DNA from: Acidobacteriota bacterium
GTDB lineage: Bacteria > Acidobacteriota > Polarisedimenticolia > JACPZX01
Length of the DNA stretch: 64,000 bases
NCBI GenBank assembly: GCA_016195325.1
Contig: JACPZX010000067.1
Coordinates: forward strand, 15,559 to 79,558
Direction: 5' to 3'
Shown: positions 9,585 to 20,055 of the stretch, in pieces
How the letters are laid out: every line of letters begins with the position of its first letter
How positions within the stretch are numbered: position 1 is the first letter of the stretch
Notes under the pieces: generated by a model
What the model saw: the letters and a program-made list of their open reading frames with translations, nothing else
What the model was told of the DNA's origin: nothing
Databases searched by the model: none
Made by a program: the position numbers and the translations under genes

Positions 9585-11126
9585 CTACCAGCGGGGTCCT
9601 GATCCGCGATCGATCACCGCGAGGCGGCGCCCTCCGGGGAGCGCGGCGGGAAGCGGCCCCGATCGCGCGGCGGCGACGAGCGCCGCGCGGGCGGCGAGCT
9701 CCTCGGGAAGAAAGGCGCCGGGCTCGTAGGCGATGAGCGAGAAGGCCCCGGATTCGATCGCGGCGCGGGCGCCTTCGGGAGGCAGAAGGCGCGCGCGGCT
9801 CGCGAGCCGCCCGCCGTCGCACAGCGCCGCCAGGGTGTCGGCCTCGGCGAGCCCCTCGATCCCCGCCGCCCGGACGTAGATCGGCGGGTAGTTCCGCACC
9901 TCGATCGCCACCTCGCGGTTCGCGGCCTCGCGCATCGCCGCGACGGAGCCGAGGGACGGCCGGTAGACGACCGCGAGAGGCCGCTCCGGCTCGACGCGAT
10001 CGGCGGCGGCGCAGAAGCCGTCGCGCACCGTGCGGTGGATCCTCCCGGCCTCGTCGAGGAACGCCTCGTCGTTGCGGACGCCGACGGCGAAGTAGACGCA
10101 GACGAGCGCGAGGAGGGCGGCCGCCGGCCGGCGCCACGCGGGCGCCCGCGCGATCGCGAGATCGAGCGCGGCGGCGACGACGCACGCGGCCCCGAGAAGG
10201 GGAAAGTACCGGTACCGGGGAGGCTGGAACTCGATCAGCATCGTGGGAGCCGTCCCGACGAGCATGACGAGAAGGCCGAACCGCGCGAGCTTCCCCCCGC
10301 GCCACCAGACGAGCGCCCAGACGACGGCGACCGGGACGATGAGCCACGCCGCCGGGGGATCTCCCGCCGGAACACCGAGCGCCGCGAGGTGCGACGCCGC
10401 GAGCCGGCCCACGAAGCCGAGGTCGGCGCGGTAGTAGTTCTGGTGTTCCCCCCGCACGCCGAGGAGGATCGCGGCGTGGGCGGCGTCGATCGCGGCGAGA
10501 AGCGCCGGCCCGGCCCAGCGCGACGGGCGCGCGCGCGAGAGTCCCTCGGGAGTGAAGAGAATGATCCACGCGGCGGCGACAGGCAGCGCCATGACCCCGC
10601 TCTCCTTCGAGAGGACGGCGAAGATCCCCGCCGCGCCGATCGCGGCGAGCCAGCGGGCGCGCCCGGTCGCGAGCCAGCGCCGCTGCGCGGCGAGCGCCAG
10701 GAGGATCCCGGTGATGACGAGGACGTGCGGGCGCCCGCCGAGCCAGAGCACGGCCTCGTCCAGCCGGTAGTGAAGCCCCCACCACGCCGCCCCCCAGAAG
10801 GGGGCGAACCACTCCCCCGAGAGCGCGGAGCGCAGGAGCGCGAAGAGGAGAGCGACGTTGAGCAGGTGGAACGCGAGCCCCGTGAGGTTGTAGATCCACG
10901 GCGCGGTGCCGGCCACCAGCGCGTCGAATCCCGCGGTCGCGTTCATGACGGGGGTGACGAACCCGCTGAAGAGGGAGAAGGCGAGCGAGGGCTCGGCGCG
11001 CACGCGCAGCGCGAAGCGGACCCACTCGAGATCGTCGCCGACGAAATCGTTGTCGAGACCAGGGGCGTACGCCGCCAGGACGCACGCGAGAAGGAACGCC
11101 GCCGCCAGAGTCCGGCGGGAGTTCAA
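9585..11126 (-). CDS. GT-C-fold membrane glycosyltransferase-like protein (TMTC/ArnT-like)
   Basis: FVGDD after TM1, HLLNVALLF, EAVLW, SKES, RYRY motifs. Confidence 0.65.
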   Translation of the reverse strand: MNSRRTLAAAFLLACVLAAYAPGLDNDFVGDDLEWVRFALRVRAEPSLAFSLFSGFVTPVMNATAGFDALVAGTAPWIYNLTGLAFHLLNVALLFALLRSALSGEWFAPFWGAAWWGLHYRLDEAVLWLGGRPHVLVITGILLALAAQRRWLATGRARWLAAIGAAGIFAVLSKESGVMALPVAAAWIILFTPEGLSRARPSRWAGPALLAAIDAAHAAILLGVRGEHQNYYRADLGFVGRLAASHLAALGVPAGDPPAAWLIVPVAVVWALVWWRGGKLARFGLLVMLVGTAPTMLIEFQPPRYRYFPLLGAACVVAAALDLAIARAPAWRRPAAALLALVCVYFAVGVRNDEAFLDEAGRIHRTVRDGFCAAADRVEPERPLAVVYRPSLGSVAAMREAANREVAIEVRNYPPIYVRAAGIEGLAEADTLAALCDGGRLASRARLLPPEGARAAIESGAFSLIAYEPGAFLPEELAARAALVAAARSGPLPAALPGGRRLAVIDRGSGPRW

Positions 11127-12418
11127 CGGCCGAGAATCTTGCCGCGCAGGATGAGCATCTGGAGGGCGAGCGACGCCTTCTGGCCGAGCCTCTCGAAGGC
11201 CTGCACGTCGAGCGTCCTGAGGTCGTCCTCGTCGCCGCCATCGCCGTAGAGAACGGAGGCGGTCTTGTCCTTGATCTGGATCGGGAGGAGGAAGGCGGAC
11301 TTCGGCATCGACAGGGCCAGATCCTGGTAGAACCTCCGGATCGACGGGAGGGGGGGGACGGGGCCGAGGTAGTGCGGGCGCCCGTCGTCGATGAGCGAGA
11401 AGAGCGAGTCGCGCACGAGCTCGACGTTCATCCCCTTGATGCGTCCCGGGGAGAGGCCTTCACCCGATCCGTCCCACCCGACCGCGCTGTCGCCGCGGAG
11501 GACGAAGAAGGCCCGGCGCACGAAGAACCGGCCGGCGAACGCGAGGGCCGTCTCCGCGACCTCGTCGGGGGTGGTGCACGCGGCGAGCCGCTTCGCCGCC
11601 TCGACCAGCTCCAGCTCGGGAGAGGCTCCCGGCCCCGTCGAGCGCGGGGGGGGGGCGGGCTCGGGAACGGCGGCGCTGACGGCGGTCCCCGGCGGACCTT
11701 TCTTCTCCATCGCGTCGGCGAACTCCCGCCACGATTTTCCGTAGCCGTACTTCTCCCACGGATCGGCGGGACCCCGGGGGTGCGCTTCGGGGGCCGCGGC
11801 CGCGGGAGAGGACGAGGGAGGCGTGGCGACGGTGGGGGGACGCTCGATCATCACGGCGATCCCGGGGTCCGGCTCATGAGGGTCGGATCCGCCGGGGGGC
11901 GGCGCGGGCGCGCCCGGGGGCCGGATCTTCTCGCCGCGCGAGCGCAGGCGGCTCAGCTCGCGCGCGAGCGTGATGTACCTCTGGCTTCTGGGGATGTTGT
12001 AGTACTTCTCGAGGACCTGGAAGATGCGGATCTCGGGGGCGACCCAGGGATCGATCTTGTACCCGGTGACGAACGAGATCTCGTCGAGCGCCATCAGGTT
12101 CTTCGGATCCATCATCGCGAGCTGCAGGACCTTCCCGTCCATCCGGATCGGGACGACCTTGTATTTTTCGACGAGCTTCGCGGGGATGGCGCGGATGACG
12201 GAGTACGGGACGTTCTGGAGGACGTCGTACGAGGCGTACGGGACGTTGAACGCGTGGGCCAGGGTCTCCCCGAGGGTCTCCTCATCGACGTAGCCCAGCT
12301 CGATCAGGCTCGTCCCGAGATGGCCGCCGAAGATGAGCTGAGCCTTCAGAGCCTTCTCGAGCTGCGCCTCGGTGATGCGGCCGTCGTCGGTGAGGACCTC
12401 GCCGAGTTTCCTGGTCAT
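11123..12418 (-). CDS. MshEN/T2SSE_N domain protein lacking ATPase, with GAF-like C-terminus
   Basis: RKLGEVLTDDGRITEAQLEKALKAQ + HLGTSLIELGYV; KYKVVPI...LAMMDP; no Walker A/B; Pro-rich linker. Confidence 0.8.
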   Translation of the reverse strand: MTRKLGEVLTDDGRITEAQLEKALKAQLIFGGHLGTSLIELGYVDEETLGETLAHAFNVPYASYDVLQNVPYSVIRAIPAKLVEKYKVVPIRMDGKVLQLAMMDPKNLMALDEISFVTGYKIDPWVAPEIRIFQVLEKYYNIPRSQRYITLARELSRLRSRGEKIRPPGAPAPPPGGSDPHEPDPGIAVMIERPPTVATPPSSSPAAAAPEAHPRGPADPWEKYGYGKSWREFADAMEKKGPPGTAVSAAVPEPAPPPRSTGPGASPELELVEAAKRLAACTTPDEVAETALAFAGRFFVRRAFFVLRGDSAVGWDGSGEGLSPGRIKGMNVELVRDSLFSLIDDGRPHYLGPVPPLPSIRRFYQDLALSMPKSAFLLPIQIKDKTASVLYGDGGDEDDLRTLDVQAFERLGQKASLALQMLILRGKILGR

Positions 12419-12458
12419 CCGTCTCCGTGCGGCCCTGAGGGCTCGGGCCTCAAGGTTC

Positions 12459-12486
12459 AATATACGGAAGGGCTTGGCCGCGTCAA
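12459..12486 (-). promoter_or_regulatory. Sigma70-type promoter of MshEN gene
   Basis: TTGACG-N16-TATATT on minus strand. Confidence 0.55.
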
Positions 12487-13079
12487 GAAGCAGCGCCCAC
12501 CCGCGATGCGGCGAGCGACGCGAAGTGGCGGTGGACGCGGCCATCCGGCGTCATCTCGGGGTGGAAGGTGCCGGCCATCACGGCCCCGTGCTGGACCAGG
12601 ACCGGCTCACCGCCGTGGCGCGCGAGCACGTCGATTCCGGCCCCCACGCGGACGATTCGAGGCGCGCGGATGAAGACCATCGGGAGCGGGGCGTCGCCGA
12701 AGACCGCGGCGGGGGCTTCCGCCTCGAACGATTCCCTCTGGCGGCCGTAGGCGTTCCGCTCCACGTCGATATCGAGAAAACCCAGAGACGGCTGCTTCGG
12801 GCCGAAGACCTCCCTCGCGATCAGGATCGCCCCCGCGCACGTGCCGAAGATCGCCCCGCCGCGCGCGCGGAAGGCGCGGAGCGGCGGTTCCAGCCGGAGG
12901 TCCGCGATCAGGCGAAGCAGCGTCGTGCTCTCCCCTCCGGGGAGGATCAGCCCGTCGATCGCGTCGAGCTGCGCCGCGTAGCGGACCTCGATCGACTCGA
13001 TTCCCACGCGCGCGAGGGCGGCGACGTGCGCCGCGAAGTCCCCCTGGAGGGCGAGGACGCCTACCTTCGCCGTCACCAT
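12483..13079 (-). CDS. pdxT: PLP synthase glutaminase subunit
   Basis: [39 protein letters not shown]. Confidence 0.96.
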   Translation of the reverse strand: MVTAKVGVLALQGDFAAHVAALARVGIESIEVRYAAQLDAIDGLILPGGESTTLLRLIADLRLEPPLRAFRARGGAIFGTCAGAILIAREVFGPKQPSLGFLDIDVERNAYGRQRESFEAEAPAAVFGDAPLPMVFIRAPRIVRVGAGIDVLARHGGEPVLVQHGAVMAGTFHPEMTPDGRVHRHFASLAASRVGAAS

Positions 13080-13954
13080 CCCCTCTTCTGCATGAGCTGA
13101 TCCTCCTTGAGCGTCCCGATCTCGATCCCCGGCATCGCCTCGCCGAGGAGGCCGCTCACCTCGACGAGCACCTTCGGATCGTTGAAGTACGTCGTCGCCT
13201 TCACGATCGCCTCGGCCCGGCGCGCCGGATCCTCTGACTTGAATATCCCCGAGCCAACGAAGATCGCCTCGGCGCCCAGCTGCATCATCAGGGAGGCGTC
13301 CGCGGGGGTCGCGATCCCGCCCGCCGCGAAGTTCGGGACGGGAAGCTTCCCCTCCTTCGCCACGAGGCGAACCAGCTCGCAGGGAGCGGCGAGCTCCTTC
13401 GCCTCGGCCATGAGCTCGTCGTCTCCCAGCGTGCGGAGCCTCCGGACCTGCTCGACGACGCGCCGCATGTGGCGGACCGCCTCGACGATGTTCCCGGAGC
13501 CCGCCTCCCCCTTGGTCCGGATCATGGCGGCCCCTTCCCCGATGCGCCTCAGCGCCTCGCCGAGATCGCGCGCGCCGCACACGAAGGGGACCTTGAACGC
13601 GAACTTGTCGACGTGGTGCTTCTCGTCGGCGGGGGTCAGCACCTCGCTCTCGTCGATGTAGTCGACGCCGAGCTCCGCGAGGATCTGCGCCTCGGCGAAG
13701 TGCCCGATGCGGCACTTGGCCATGACGGGGATCGTGACCGCCTTCATGATCTCCCGGATGATCCTGAGGTTCGCCATGCGGGCGACGCCTCCCTGGGCCC
13801 GGATGTCGGCCGGCACCCGCTCGAGGGCCATCACCGCCGAGGCGCCGGCCTTCTCCGCGATGCGGGCCTGATCGGCGTTGACGACGTCCATGATCACGCC
13901 GCCCTTGAGCATCTCGGCGAGCCCCGTCTTGAGCCTCATCGTCCCTTCAGCCAT
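13073..13954 (-). CDS. pdxS: PLP synthase lyase subunit
   Basis: [43 protein letters not shown]. Confidence 0.97.
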   Translation of the reverse strand: MAEGTMRLKTGLAEMLKGGVIMDVVNADQARIAEKAGASAVMALERVPADIRAQGGVARMANLRIIREIMKAVTIPVMAKCRIGHFAEAQILAELGVDYIDESEVLTPADEKHHVDKFAFKVPFVCGARDLGEALRRIGEGAAMIRTKGEAGSGNIVEAVRHMRRVVEQVRRLRTLGDDELMAEAKELAAPCELVRLVAKEGKLPVPNFAAGGIATPADASLMMQLGAEAIFVGSGIFKSEDPARRAEAIVKATTYFNDPKVLVEVSGLLGEAMPGIEIGTLKEDQLMQKRGW

Positions 13955-14001
13955 CGTGTTCCTCGCTTCCTCTCCGGGGGCGCGCTGGGCGCGCCCCGAG
14001 G

Positions 14002-15534
14002 TCAGATGATCGGGAGCGCGGCGGTCGCCGCCGACGCGGCGGACGTGCGCCGCTCCCGGACTTTCCTGTGGAGTATCGAACCCAGGATCCTGATTCCCTT
14101 GCGAATCTCGGCCGGCTCGGCCTGCGCGTAGACGAGCCTCAGGTTGTTGTGCGTCCCGCCGTCGACGTAGAAGAGATCGCCGCGCCCGACGAAGATGCCC
14201 CTCCCCTGCGCCTCGGTGGCGATCTCGTCGGCATCGAGGCCCGGCGGGAGCGTCACCCAGACGACGAGGCCTCCGGCCGGCCGCGTGAAGCGGGCGGACT
14301 TCGGGAAGTGCTCCGCCATCGCCTCGACCATGGCGTCGCGCCGCGCGCGGTAGATCGCCGCCGCTTTGCGCAGGTGGCGATCGAGATCCCCGCGGCGGCA
14401 GAACTCGTGCACCGCCGCCTGGAGAAGAAGGCTCGTGTTCCAGTCGGTGATCTGCTTGAGGGCGGCGATCCGCTCCGCGGCCTCGCGGGGGGCGGCGAGC
14501 CAGCCGATGCGGATGCCGGGGAAGAGCTTCTTCGCGAACGACCCGAGGTAGATCACCCCGCCTCCGCCGTCGAGCGCCTTGAGCGCGGGGAGTTCCTCCC
14601 CCTCGAACCTGAGGTCGCCGCCGAAATCGTCCTCGAGGACGGGGAGCCGCTGCCGGTTCGCGACGTCGAGGATCGCCCGGCGGCGCGCGAGGCTCATCGT
14701 CCCCGACGTGGGATTCTGGAAGTTGGGGATGATATAGACGAGCTTCGCGCCGCTGCGCGAGACCGCCTCCTCGAGGCGGGCCGGGACCATCCCCTCCTCG
14801 TCCACCGGAACTCCCAGGACGCGCGCGCCGTGACTCTGGAAGACCTGCACGGCTCCGGTGTAGGTCGGGTTCTCCACCGCGACGCGATCCCCCGGGTCGA
14901 GGAGGGCCCTCGCGACGAGATCGATCCCCTGCTGGGAGCCGTTCGTGATCACGACGTCGCGCTCCTCCGCGTCGATCCCGCGGGCCCGCAGCGTCTCGAC
15001 GATCTGCCGGCGCAGCGGGGCGTACCCGCCCGCCGCGCCGTAGCCGAAGAGGCGGCCCCTCTCGCGCCGGACGACCGCGTCGAGCGCGCGGCGGAAGGCG
15101 TCGACCGGGAAGAGGGTGGAGTCGGGGAAGTGGCTCGAGAGGTTGATGGCGCCGTCGGCGGGCGAGGCGTGCAGCGCCGCGGTCGCGCCGGGGACCATCC
15201 CGGAGGCGCGCGTCGCGAAGGCCGAGGACCAGAGCATCCCGCCGTCCACGACCGCGGCCCCGCGGGAGGCCGCGACCCCGGCGGGACCCCTCGGCGGGGG
15301 GTCGAGGATGAAGCTGCCGCGCCCCACGTGGCGGACGAGCCACCCGGACCCGGCGAGTTCCTCGTAGGCCCGGGCCACGGTCATCCGATCCACGCCCAGC
15401 GTGAGGGCCAGCGCCCGCTCCGCGGGGAGCCGGGCGCCGGCGGCGAGGGTCCCGGAGTGAACGGCGCTCCGCACGGCGTCGGCGATCTGGCGCGACAGCG
15501 GAACCCCCGTGGAACGATCGAGTGCGATGTCCAT
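14002..15534 (-). CDS. MocR/GabR-family regulator (GntR wHTH + PLP aminotransferase-like domain), PdxR-like
   Basis: [50 protein letters not shown]; directly upstream of pdxST. Confidence 0.9.
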   Translation of the reverse strand: MDIALDRSTGVPLSRQIADAVRSAVHSGTLAAGARLPAERALALTLGVDRMTVARAYEELAGSGWLVRHVGRGSFILDPPPRGPAGVAASRGAAVVDGGMLWSSAFATRASGMVPGATAALHASPADGAINLSSHFPDSTLFPVDAFRRALDAVVRRERGRLFGYGAAGGYAPLRRQIVETLRARGIDAEERDVVITNGSQQGIDLVARALLDPGDRVAVENPTYTGAVQVFQSHGARVLGVPVDEEGMVPARLEEAVSRSGAKLVYIIPNFQNPTSGTMSLARRRAILDVANRQRLPVLEDDFGGDLRFEGEELPALKALDGGGGVIYLGSFAKKLFPGIRIGWLAAPREAAERIAALKQITDWNTSLLLQAAVHEFCRRGDLDRHLRKAAAIYRARRDAMVEAMAEHFPKSARFTRPAGGLVVWVTLPPGLDADEIATEAQGRGIFVGRGDLFYVDGGTHNNLRLVYAQAEPAEIRKGIRILGSILHRKVRERRTSAASAATAALPII

Positions 15535-15586
15535 CGCGTGACCCCCGCCCGCGCCCCCGTCGCCGGGTGGACGCAGGAATACCTCC

Positions 15587-15614
15587 ATCCTACGGCAGGT
15601 CATGGCCAAGTCAA
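15587..15614 (-). promoter_or_regulatory. Sigma70-type promoter of MocR-pdxST
   Basis: TTGACT-N16-TAGGAT. Confidence 0.55.
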
Positions 15615-15624
15615 GGGAAATATT

Positions 15625-15650
15625 GGATGAGTGGATGCATCCAATCATCC
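15625..15650. promoter_or_regulatory. Near-perfect 26-bp palindrome, candidate MocR operator
   Basis: GGATGAGTGGATG|CATCCAATCATCC, one mismatch. Confidence 0.6.
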
Positions 15651-15782
15651 GGGCCCCCGCGATGCCGGGACGGCATGAAGCCGGCGGCCGTCGCGCACCG
15701 CAGGGAGGGATCGGTTATATTTCGATCGGGACCGCAGGCGACCGCCGGCTCGAGACCAATCACCGGACGAACGAGGACCTTG

Positions 15783-16748
15783 ATGGGCGAGAGGGTTCGG
15801 GGAGGGAGATCGGTTTCCCTTGTCGCGCTCCTCGCGATCCTTCTCGCCGTGCCGGCGGCAGGCGCCCTCGCGCAGGACGACGCCCCGCAGCGCATCGCGA
15901 GCTCCCGGGAGTACCTCGCCTCGGGACGCCTCGACAAGGCCGAGAAGGAGGCCGACCGCGCGCTCGAGATCGATCCCAACAGCGCCGAGGTCCACAAGCT
16001 GCTCTGCGAGATCCGCCGCGTGCAGTCGCGGCGCGACGACGCCGTCAACGAGTGCCGCCGGGCGGCCGAGATCGATCCGTCCCGAGCCGATCTGCGCCTC
16101 GAGCTCGGCGACCTCCTCGCGCAGCGCGAGGACGGCCTGGACGAGGCGATGCGCTCGTACCGCATGGCGGCGGCCACCGACCCGAACAACCCCCGCCCCC
16201 ACGTGAGCCTCGGAAGCCTCTACGAGAGGCGGTCCCGGCTGCAGGAGGCCGAGGCGGAGTACCGCGAGGCGATCGCGCTCAACCCCAACCTGGTGCAGCC
16301 GAACGCCGGGCTCGGCGCCGTGCTCTTCATGACCGACAGGCTCTCCGAGGCGCGCACGTTCCTGTCGAGGGCGATCGAGCTGAAGCCGCGCGATCTCCGC
16401 TCCCACATCTTCCTGGGGCTCTCGCTCAACCACGCCGGGCAGTTCGACCTGGCGCTCCAGGAGCTGCGCACGGCGGCCGCAATCGATCCGCACTCGGCGA
16501 ACGCGGTGACGGGGATCGAGGAGGCGCGCCCGGTCTTCGAGCACCTCCGCGGGCAGTTCGTCGATCAGCTCGAGGCGCGGCCGAAGGAGGCGAGCGCGTG
16601 GCACAACGTCGCCATCGTCGCGTACTACCTGAGGGACTACGAGGGGGCGTGGACGCACATCGTCAAGGCGCAGCAGCTCGGGTACCCGGTCGACCAGGAG
16701 CTCAAGGAAGTCATCTACGCGCGGTGGAAGCGCCTCAGCGACCGGTGA
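15783..16748 (+). CDS. Exported TPR-repeat protein
   Basis: Signal peptide then repeated A..YR.A...P TPR units. Confidence 0.85.
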   Translation: MGERVRGGRSVSLVALLAILLAVPAAGALAQDDAPQRIASSREYLASGRLDKAEKEADRALEIDPNSAEVHKLLCEIRRVQSRRDDAVNECRRAAEIDPSRADLRLELGDLLAQREDGLDEAMRSYRMAAATDPNNPRPHVSLGSLYERRSRLQEAEAEYREAIALNPNLVQPNAGLGAVLFMTDRLSEARTFLSRAIELKPRDLRSHIFLGLSLNHAGQFDLALQELRTAAAIDPHSANAVTGIEEARPVFEHLRGQFVDQLEARPKEASAWHNVAIVAYYLRDYEGAWTHIVKAQQLGYPVDQELKEVIYARWKRLSDR

Positions 16749-17643
16749 GAGGCGGCCGCGACCAGTAGTCGCGGCGGGCCCGGCTCTTCAGGAGAAGACG
16801 GCGGCCATCGATGGCCTCCATCCGGACGAGGGCCCTCGCTCCCGATCCCTCGACCCAGTACGTCGCGCGCACCGCGGACGCCTCGCGCAGGACGATCCGG
16901 CGCGCATGGAAGACCCCCGCGGGTACCGCGACGTCCTCCTCCCCCTCCACCGACAGCGTCGCCTCGCGGGAGTCGAGGCCGGAGGCCCCGCCCGCCGTGA
17001 TCGGATCGAGGACCCTGACGCGCGCCGGCGCGCCCGGGACGAGGGCGGCGGCGCGGGCGACGACGAGGAGCTGCTCGTCGAGAAGGGCGCCTCCGCCGAG
17101 ATCCAGCGGCCGCTCCCCGTCTCCCTGCCCGTCGAAGTAGGAGTGGTAGTGAAGGCTCGGGGCCCCGCCCCACGTGACGATCTCCTTGAAGGTGTTCCCG
17201 CACCACTCCTGGATGCCGGCGGTGGCCTTCACGAGCCGGGACACGTCCGCGCGCGCGACGTAGACGGACGTCAGGAAGTGGTAGGTGTAGTTCTCGGTCG
17301 GGATGCCGGCCACGAGGTTCAGCTTCAGCACGGTCGTCAGGGCCCGCCCCTCGTACGGGGGGTCGGCCTTCACGTGCGCGGCGTCCGAGAAGTCCTCCTT
17401 CACCAGGATCGCCGTGAGCTCGTGATCGCGCGCGGCGCCGTAGATCGTCCGCTGCGCGGCGTACGTCGCGACCTCCGCCAGGCCGTCGTCCCAGATCGGA
17501 TCGGCCGCGAACGAGGGATCGATCGGCACCCCCGGGGTGCCCCCCGCAGCGGCTGCCGGGAGGCGGACCGTCGCCGCGGCGGCGACGGCGAGGGCCGCGG
17601 CGATCGCCGCGAGAGGATGCGCGCTCCGGCCGGCCCGCCTCAC
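16735..17643 (-). CDS. Conserved-looking hypothetical exported protein (WDDGLAEVATY ... QEWCG)
   Basis: Signal peptide; WxDGxAE, ILVKEDF, IPTENY, QEWCG, HSYFDG; C-terminal VPAGxF beta region. Confidence 0.65.
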   Translation of the reverse strand: MRRAGRSAHPLAAIAAALAVAAAATVRLPAAAAGGTPGVPIDPSFAADPIWDDGLAEVATYAAQRTIYGAARDHELTAILVKEDFSDAAHVKADPPYEGRALTTVLKLNLVAGIPTENYTYHFLTSVYVARADVSRLVKATAGIQEWCGNTFKEIVTWGGAPSLHYHSYFDGQGDGERPLDLGGGALLDEQLLVVARAAALVPGAPARVRVLDPITAGGASGLDSREATLSVEGEEDVAVPAGVFHARRIVLREASAVRATYWVEGSGARALVRMEAIDGRRLLLKSRARRDYWSRPPLTGR

Positions 17644-17653
17644 CGTCTCCCCT

Positions 17654-18832
17654 TCAATCCACCTGGAGCAGCGCGAATTTGAGGTAGCGCGTCTCCGGCA
17701 TCGCCGGGAGGATCGGGTGATCCGGCGATTGCGAGCGCCATTCGATCAGGCGCAGCGAGCGGTCGACGCCCTGCGCCGATTCCTTCACGCACTCGAGAAA
17801 GGTCTCGTCGGTGACGTGATGCGAGCAGGAGGCCGTCGCGAGGAACCCCTCCCTCGCCAGGAGTCGCATCGCGCGGCGGTTGACGTCGACGTACCCGCGC
17901 TTCGCCTCCGCGACGTTCTTCTTCGAGCGCGTGAAGGACGGAGGATCGACGACCACGACGTCGAACTTCTCGCCGGCGTCGTAGAGCGCCTTCATGGCCT
18001 CCGGGGCATCGGCCGCCTCGAACCGCGAGCTCGCCGCCAGGCCGTTGATCTCCGCGTTGCGCCGCGCGCGGGAGGCGGCTTCCTCGGAGACATCCACGCC
18101 CAGCACCTCGCGGGCGCCGGCGCGCGCGGCGTGGAGCGCGAAGGCCCCGTCGTGGCAGTAGAGGTCGAGGACGCGCGAGCCCTTCGCGACCCGGCGCACC
18201 GCCTGGCGGTTCTCGCGCTGATCGTAGAAGAAGCCCGTCTTGTGCCCCCGGAGGACGTCCACCTCGAACGCGACGTCCCCCTCGTGAATCGTCACCGGCC
18301 CGGGCGGCGTCCCCCGCAGGAGGCCGGCCGAGCGCGGCAGCCCCTCGTAGTCGCGCAGGGCCGATTCGTTGCGCTCGACGATCGCGCGCGCACGGAAGAT
18401 CTCCTCGAGCACGTCGCAGATCGTCTCCTTCACGAGGTCCATCCCCAGCGCGAGCGTCTGGAGCACGAGGGTGTCCGCGTACCTGTCGACGATCAGGCCG
18501 GGGAGCCCGTCCGACTCGCCGTGCACGACCCGGCAGCCGTCGGCGCCTGGGTACAGGCGCTCCCGCAGCGCCTGCGCCTTGCGGATCCGCTCGACGAGGA
18601 AGGGGTGGTCGACGACGCTGCGGCGCCGCGAGAAGATGCGGACGGCGATGAGGCTCTTCGGGTTGAAGAGGCCGTAGCCGACGAGCTTCCCCTCCGCCCG
18701 CGTGACCGCGACGACGCTCCCGGCCAGCGGGTCCCCCTCGATGCGCTCGATCTCGTTGCTGAAGACCCATGCGTGGCCGGCGAGGATCCGCTTCTCCTCG
18801 CGCCGGCGGAGCACGATCTGCCCCTGCGTCAC
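17654..18832 (-). CDS. RlmI/RlmK-like SAM-dependent rRNA methyltransferase (PUA + MTase)
   Basis: GHAWVFSNEI, ESDGLPGLIVDRY, GHKTGFFYDQRENR, DPPSF, SCSHH, PETRYLK. Confidence 0.9.
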   Translation of the reverse strand: MTQGQIVLRRREEKRILAGHAWVFSNEIERIEGDPLAGSVVAVTRAEGKLVGYGLFNPKSLIAVRIFSRRRSVVDHPFLVERIRKAQALRERLYPGADGCRVVHGESDGLPGLIVDRYADTLVLQTLALGMDLVKETICDVLEEIFRARAIVERNESALRDYEGLPRSAGLLRGTPPGPVTIHEGDVAFEVDVLRGHKTGFFYDQRENRQAVRRVAKGSRVLDLYCHDGAFALHAARAGAREVLGVDVSEEAASRARRNAEINGLAASSRFEAADAPEAMKALYDAGEKFDVVVVDPPSFTRSKKNVAEAKRGYVDVNRRAMRLLAREGFLATASCSHHVTDETFLECVKESAQGVDRSLRLIEWRSQSPDHPILPAMPETRYLKFALLQVD

Positions 18833-18852
18833 GGCCGCGGCCGTCGCGGCGC

Positions 18853-20019
18853 TCAGACGGACCTCTGGGGCGCCGCGGCCCGGCGCCTGAGGTACGCGGG
18901 AACGTAGAGCGCGGCGATCAGCGCCAGGGCGGCCGCCGCGGTGTTGAAGGGCCAGCCCGGGCCGTACGCGTAGACCGCGCCCGCCGCCAGCGGCCCGAGA
19001 ACGCGGCCGAGCGAGTCCATCGAGTCGAGGATTCCCATGGAGGCTCCGTGGCCGTACGGCGTCCTCTTCGAGATGAGCGACGAGTTGGTCGGCCGGATGA
19101 TCTGGTTGCCGACCCCGGCGGCGATGAGAGTGGCCGTCACGGACGTCGCTCCCGAAGCCCGCGCGAGCAGGAGGCAGCCCAGGATGTTGAGGCCGAGACC
19201 GGCGACGAGAATCGTCTCCTCGCCGAAGGCGTTGATGAGCCGGCCGAGCGCGCCCCCCTGCAGCGCGATGAGGATGACTCCGAGAATGGTGAACATGCGC
19301 CCCATCGCCGACGCACCGAGGCCGAGCGTGTCGGCGATGAACTGAGGGAAGGTCGTCTCGATGGCCGCCATGGCGAAGCTGACGAAGAACGCGAGAACGA
19401 AGAACGACCCGAGGGGGCCGAGCATCGCCTCCCTGATGGGGACCGAGACGCGCGCGGCGCGCTTGTGATCGGGCGGCTCCTCGACGAGGAGCGCGGCCAG
19501 CGCGGCGGTCACGAGGGTCAGCGCCCCGGCGACGAGGAACGGGACGTCGTGGCCGAAGCGGCTCAGCTCTCCACCGATCGCCGGCCCGAAGGTGAACCCG
19601 AGGCCGATCGAGGCGCCGACCCACGCCATCCCCGCCCCGCGCGATTTCTCGTCGGTGACGTCGGCGACGTACGCCATCGCCGTCGGCAGCGCCGCCGAGG
19701 CGAGCGCCCCGGACAGGAGGCGCGCCGCGAAGAGAACGGTGAGGCTCCAGGCCAGCCCGAAGAGGACGAACGAGACCCCCGCCCCGGCAAGTCCCAGCAC
19801 GAGGATCGGCTTGCGGCCGAACCGATCGGAGAGCCCACCCCACCAGGGACACAGGAGGAACTGCATGACCGAGTACGAGGCCATGAGCAGCCCCACCTGG
19901 AAGGGGGTGGCGTTGAAGTCCCGGGCGTAGTACGCGAGGTTCGGGATGATGATGCCGAACCCCAGAATCGTCAGGAAGACGGTGAAGTAGAGGACGGCGA
20001 GCGCGCGCTTGCGTGGCAT
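18853..20019 (-). CDS. MFS transporter (TetA/DHA1-like)
   Basis: GGLSDRFGRKP motif A, AYVADVT, GFTFGPAIGG motif C. Confidence 0.92.
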   Translation of the reverse strand: MPRKRALAVLYFTVFLTILGFGIIIPNLAYYARDFNATPFQVGLLMASYSVMQFLLCPWWGGLSDRFGRKPILVLGLAGAGVSFVLFGLAWSLTVLFAARLLSGALASAALPTAMAYVADVTDEKSRGAGMAWVGASIGLGFTFGPAIGGELSRFGHDVPFLVAGALTLVTAALAALLVEEPPDHKRAARVSVPIREAMLGPLGSFFVLAFFVSFAMAAIETTFPQFIADTLGLGASAMGRMFTILGVILIALQGGALGRLINAFGEETILVAGLGLNILGCLLLARASGATSVTATLIAAGVGNQIIRPTNSSLISKRTPYGHGASMGILDSMDSLGRVLGPLAAGAVYAYGPGWPFNTAAAALALIAALYVPAYLRRRAAAPQRSV

Positions 20020-20025
20020 GCGGCG

Positions 20026-20055
20026 ATGTTAGGGACTGCGGTCGGGCGATGTCAA
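20026..20055 (-). promoter_or_regulatory. Sigma70 promoter, probably leaderless MFS transcript
   Basis: TTGACA-N18-TAACAT, ATG 6 nt downstream. Confidence 0.6.
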
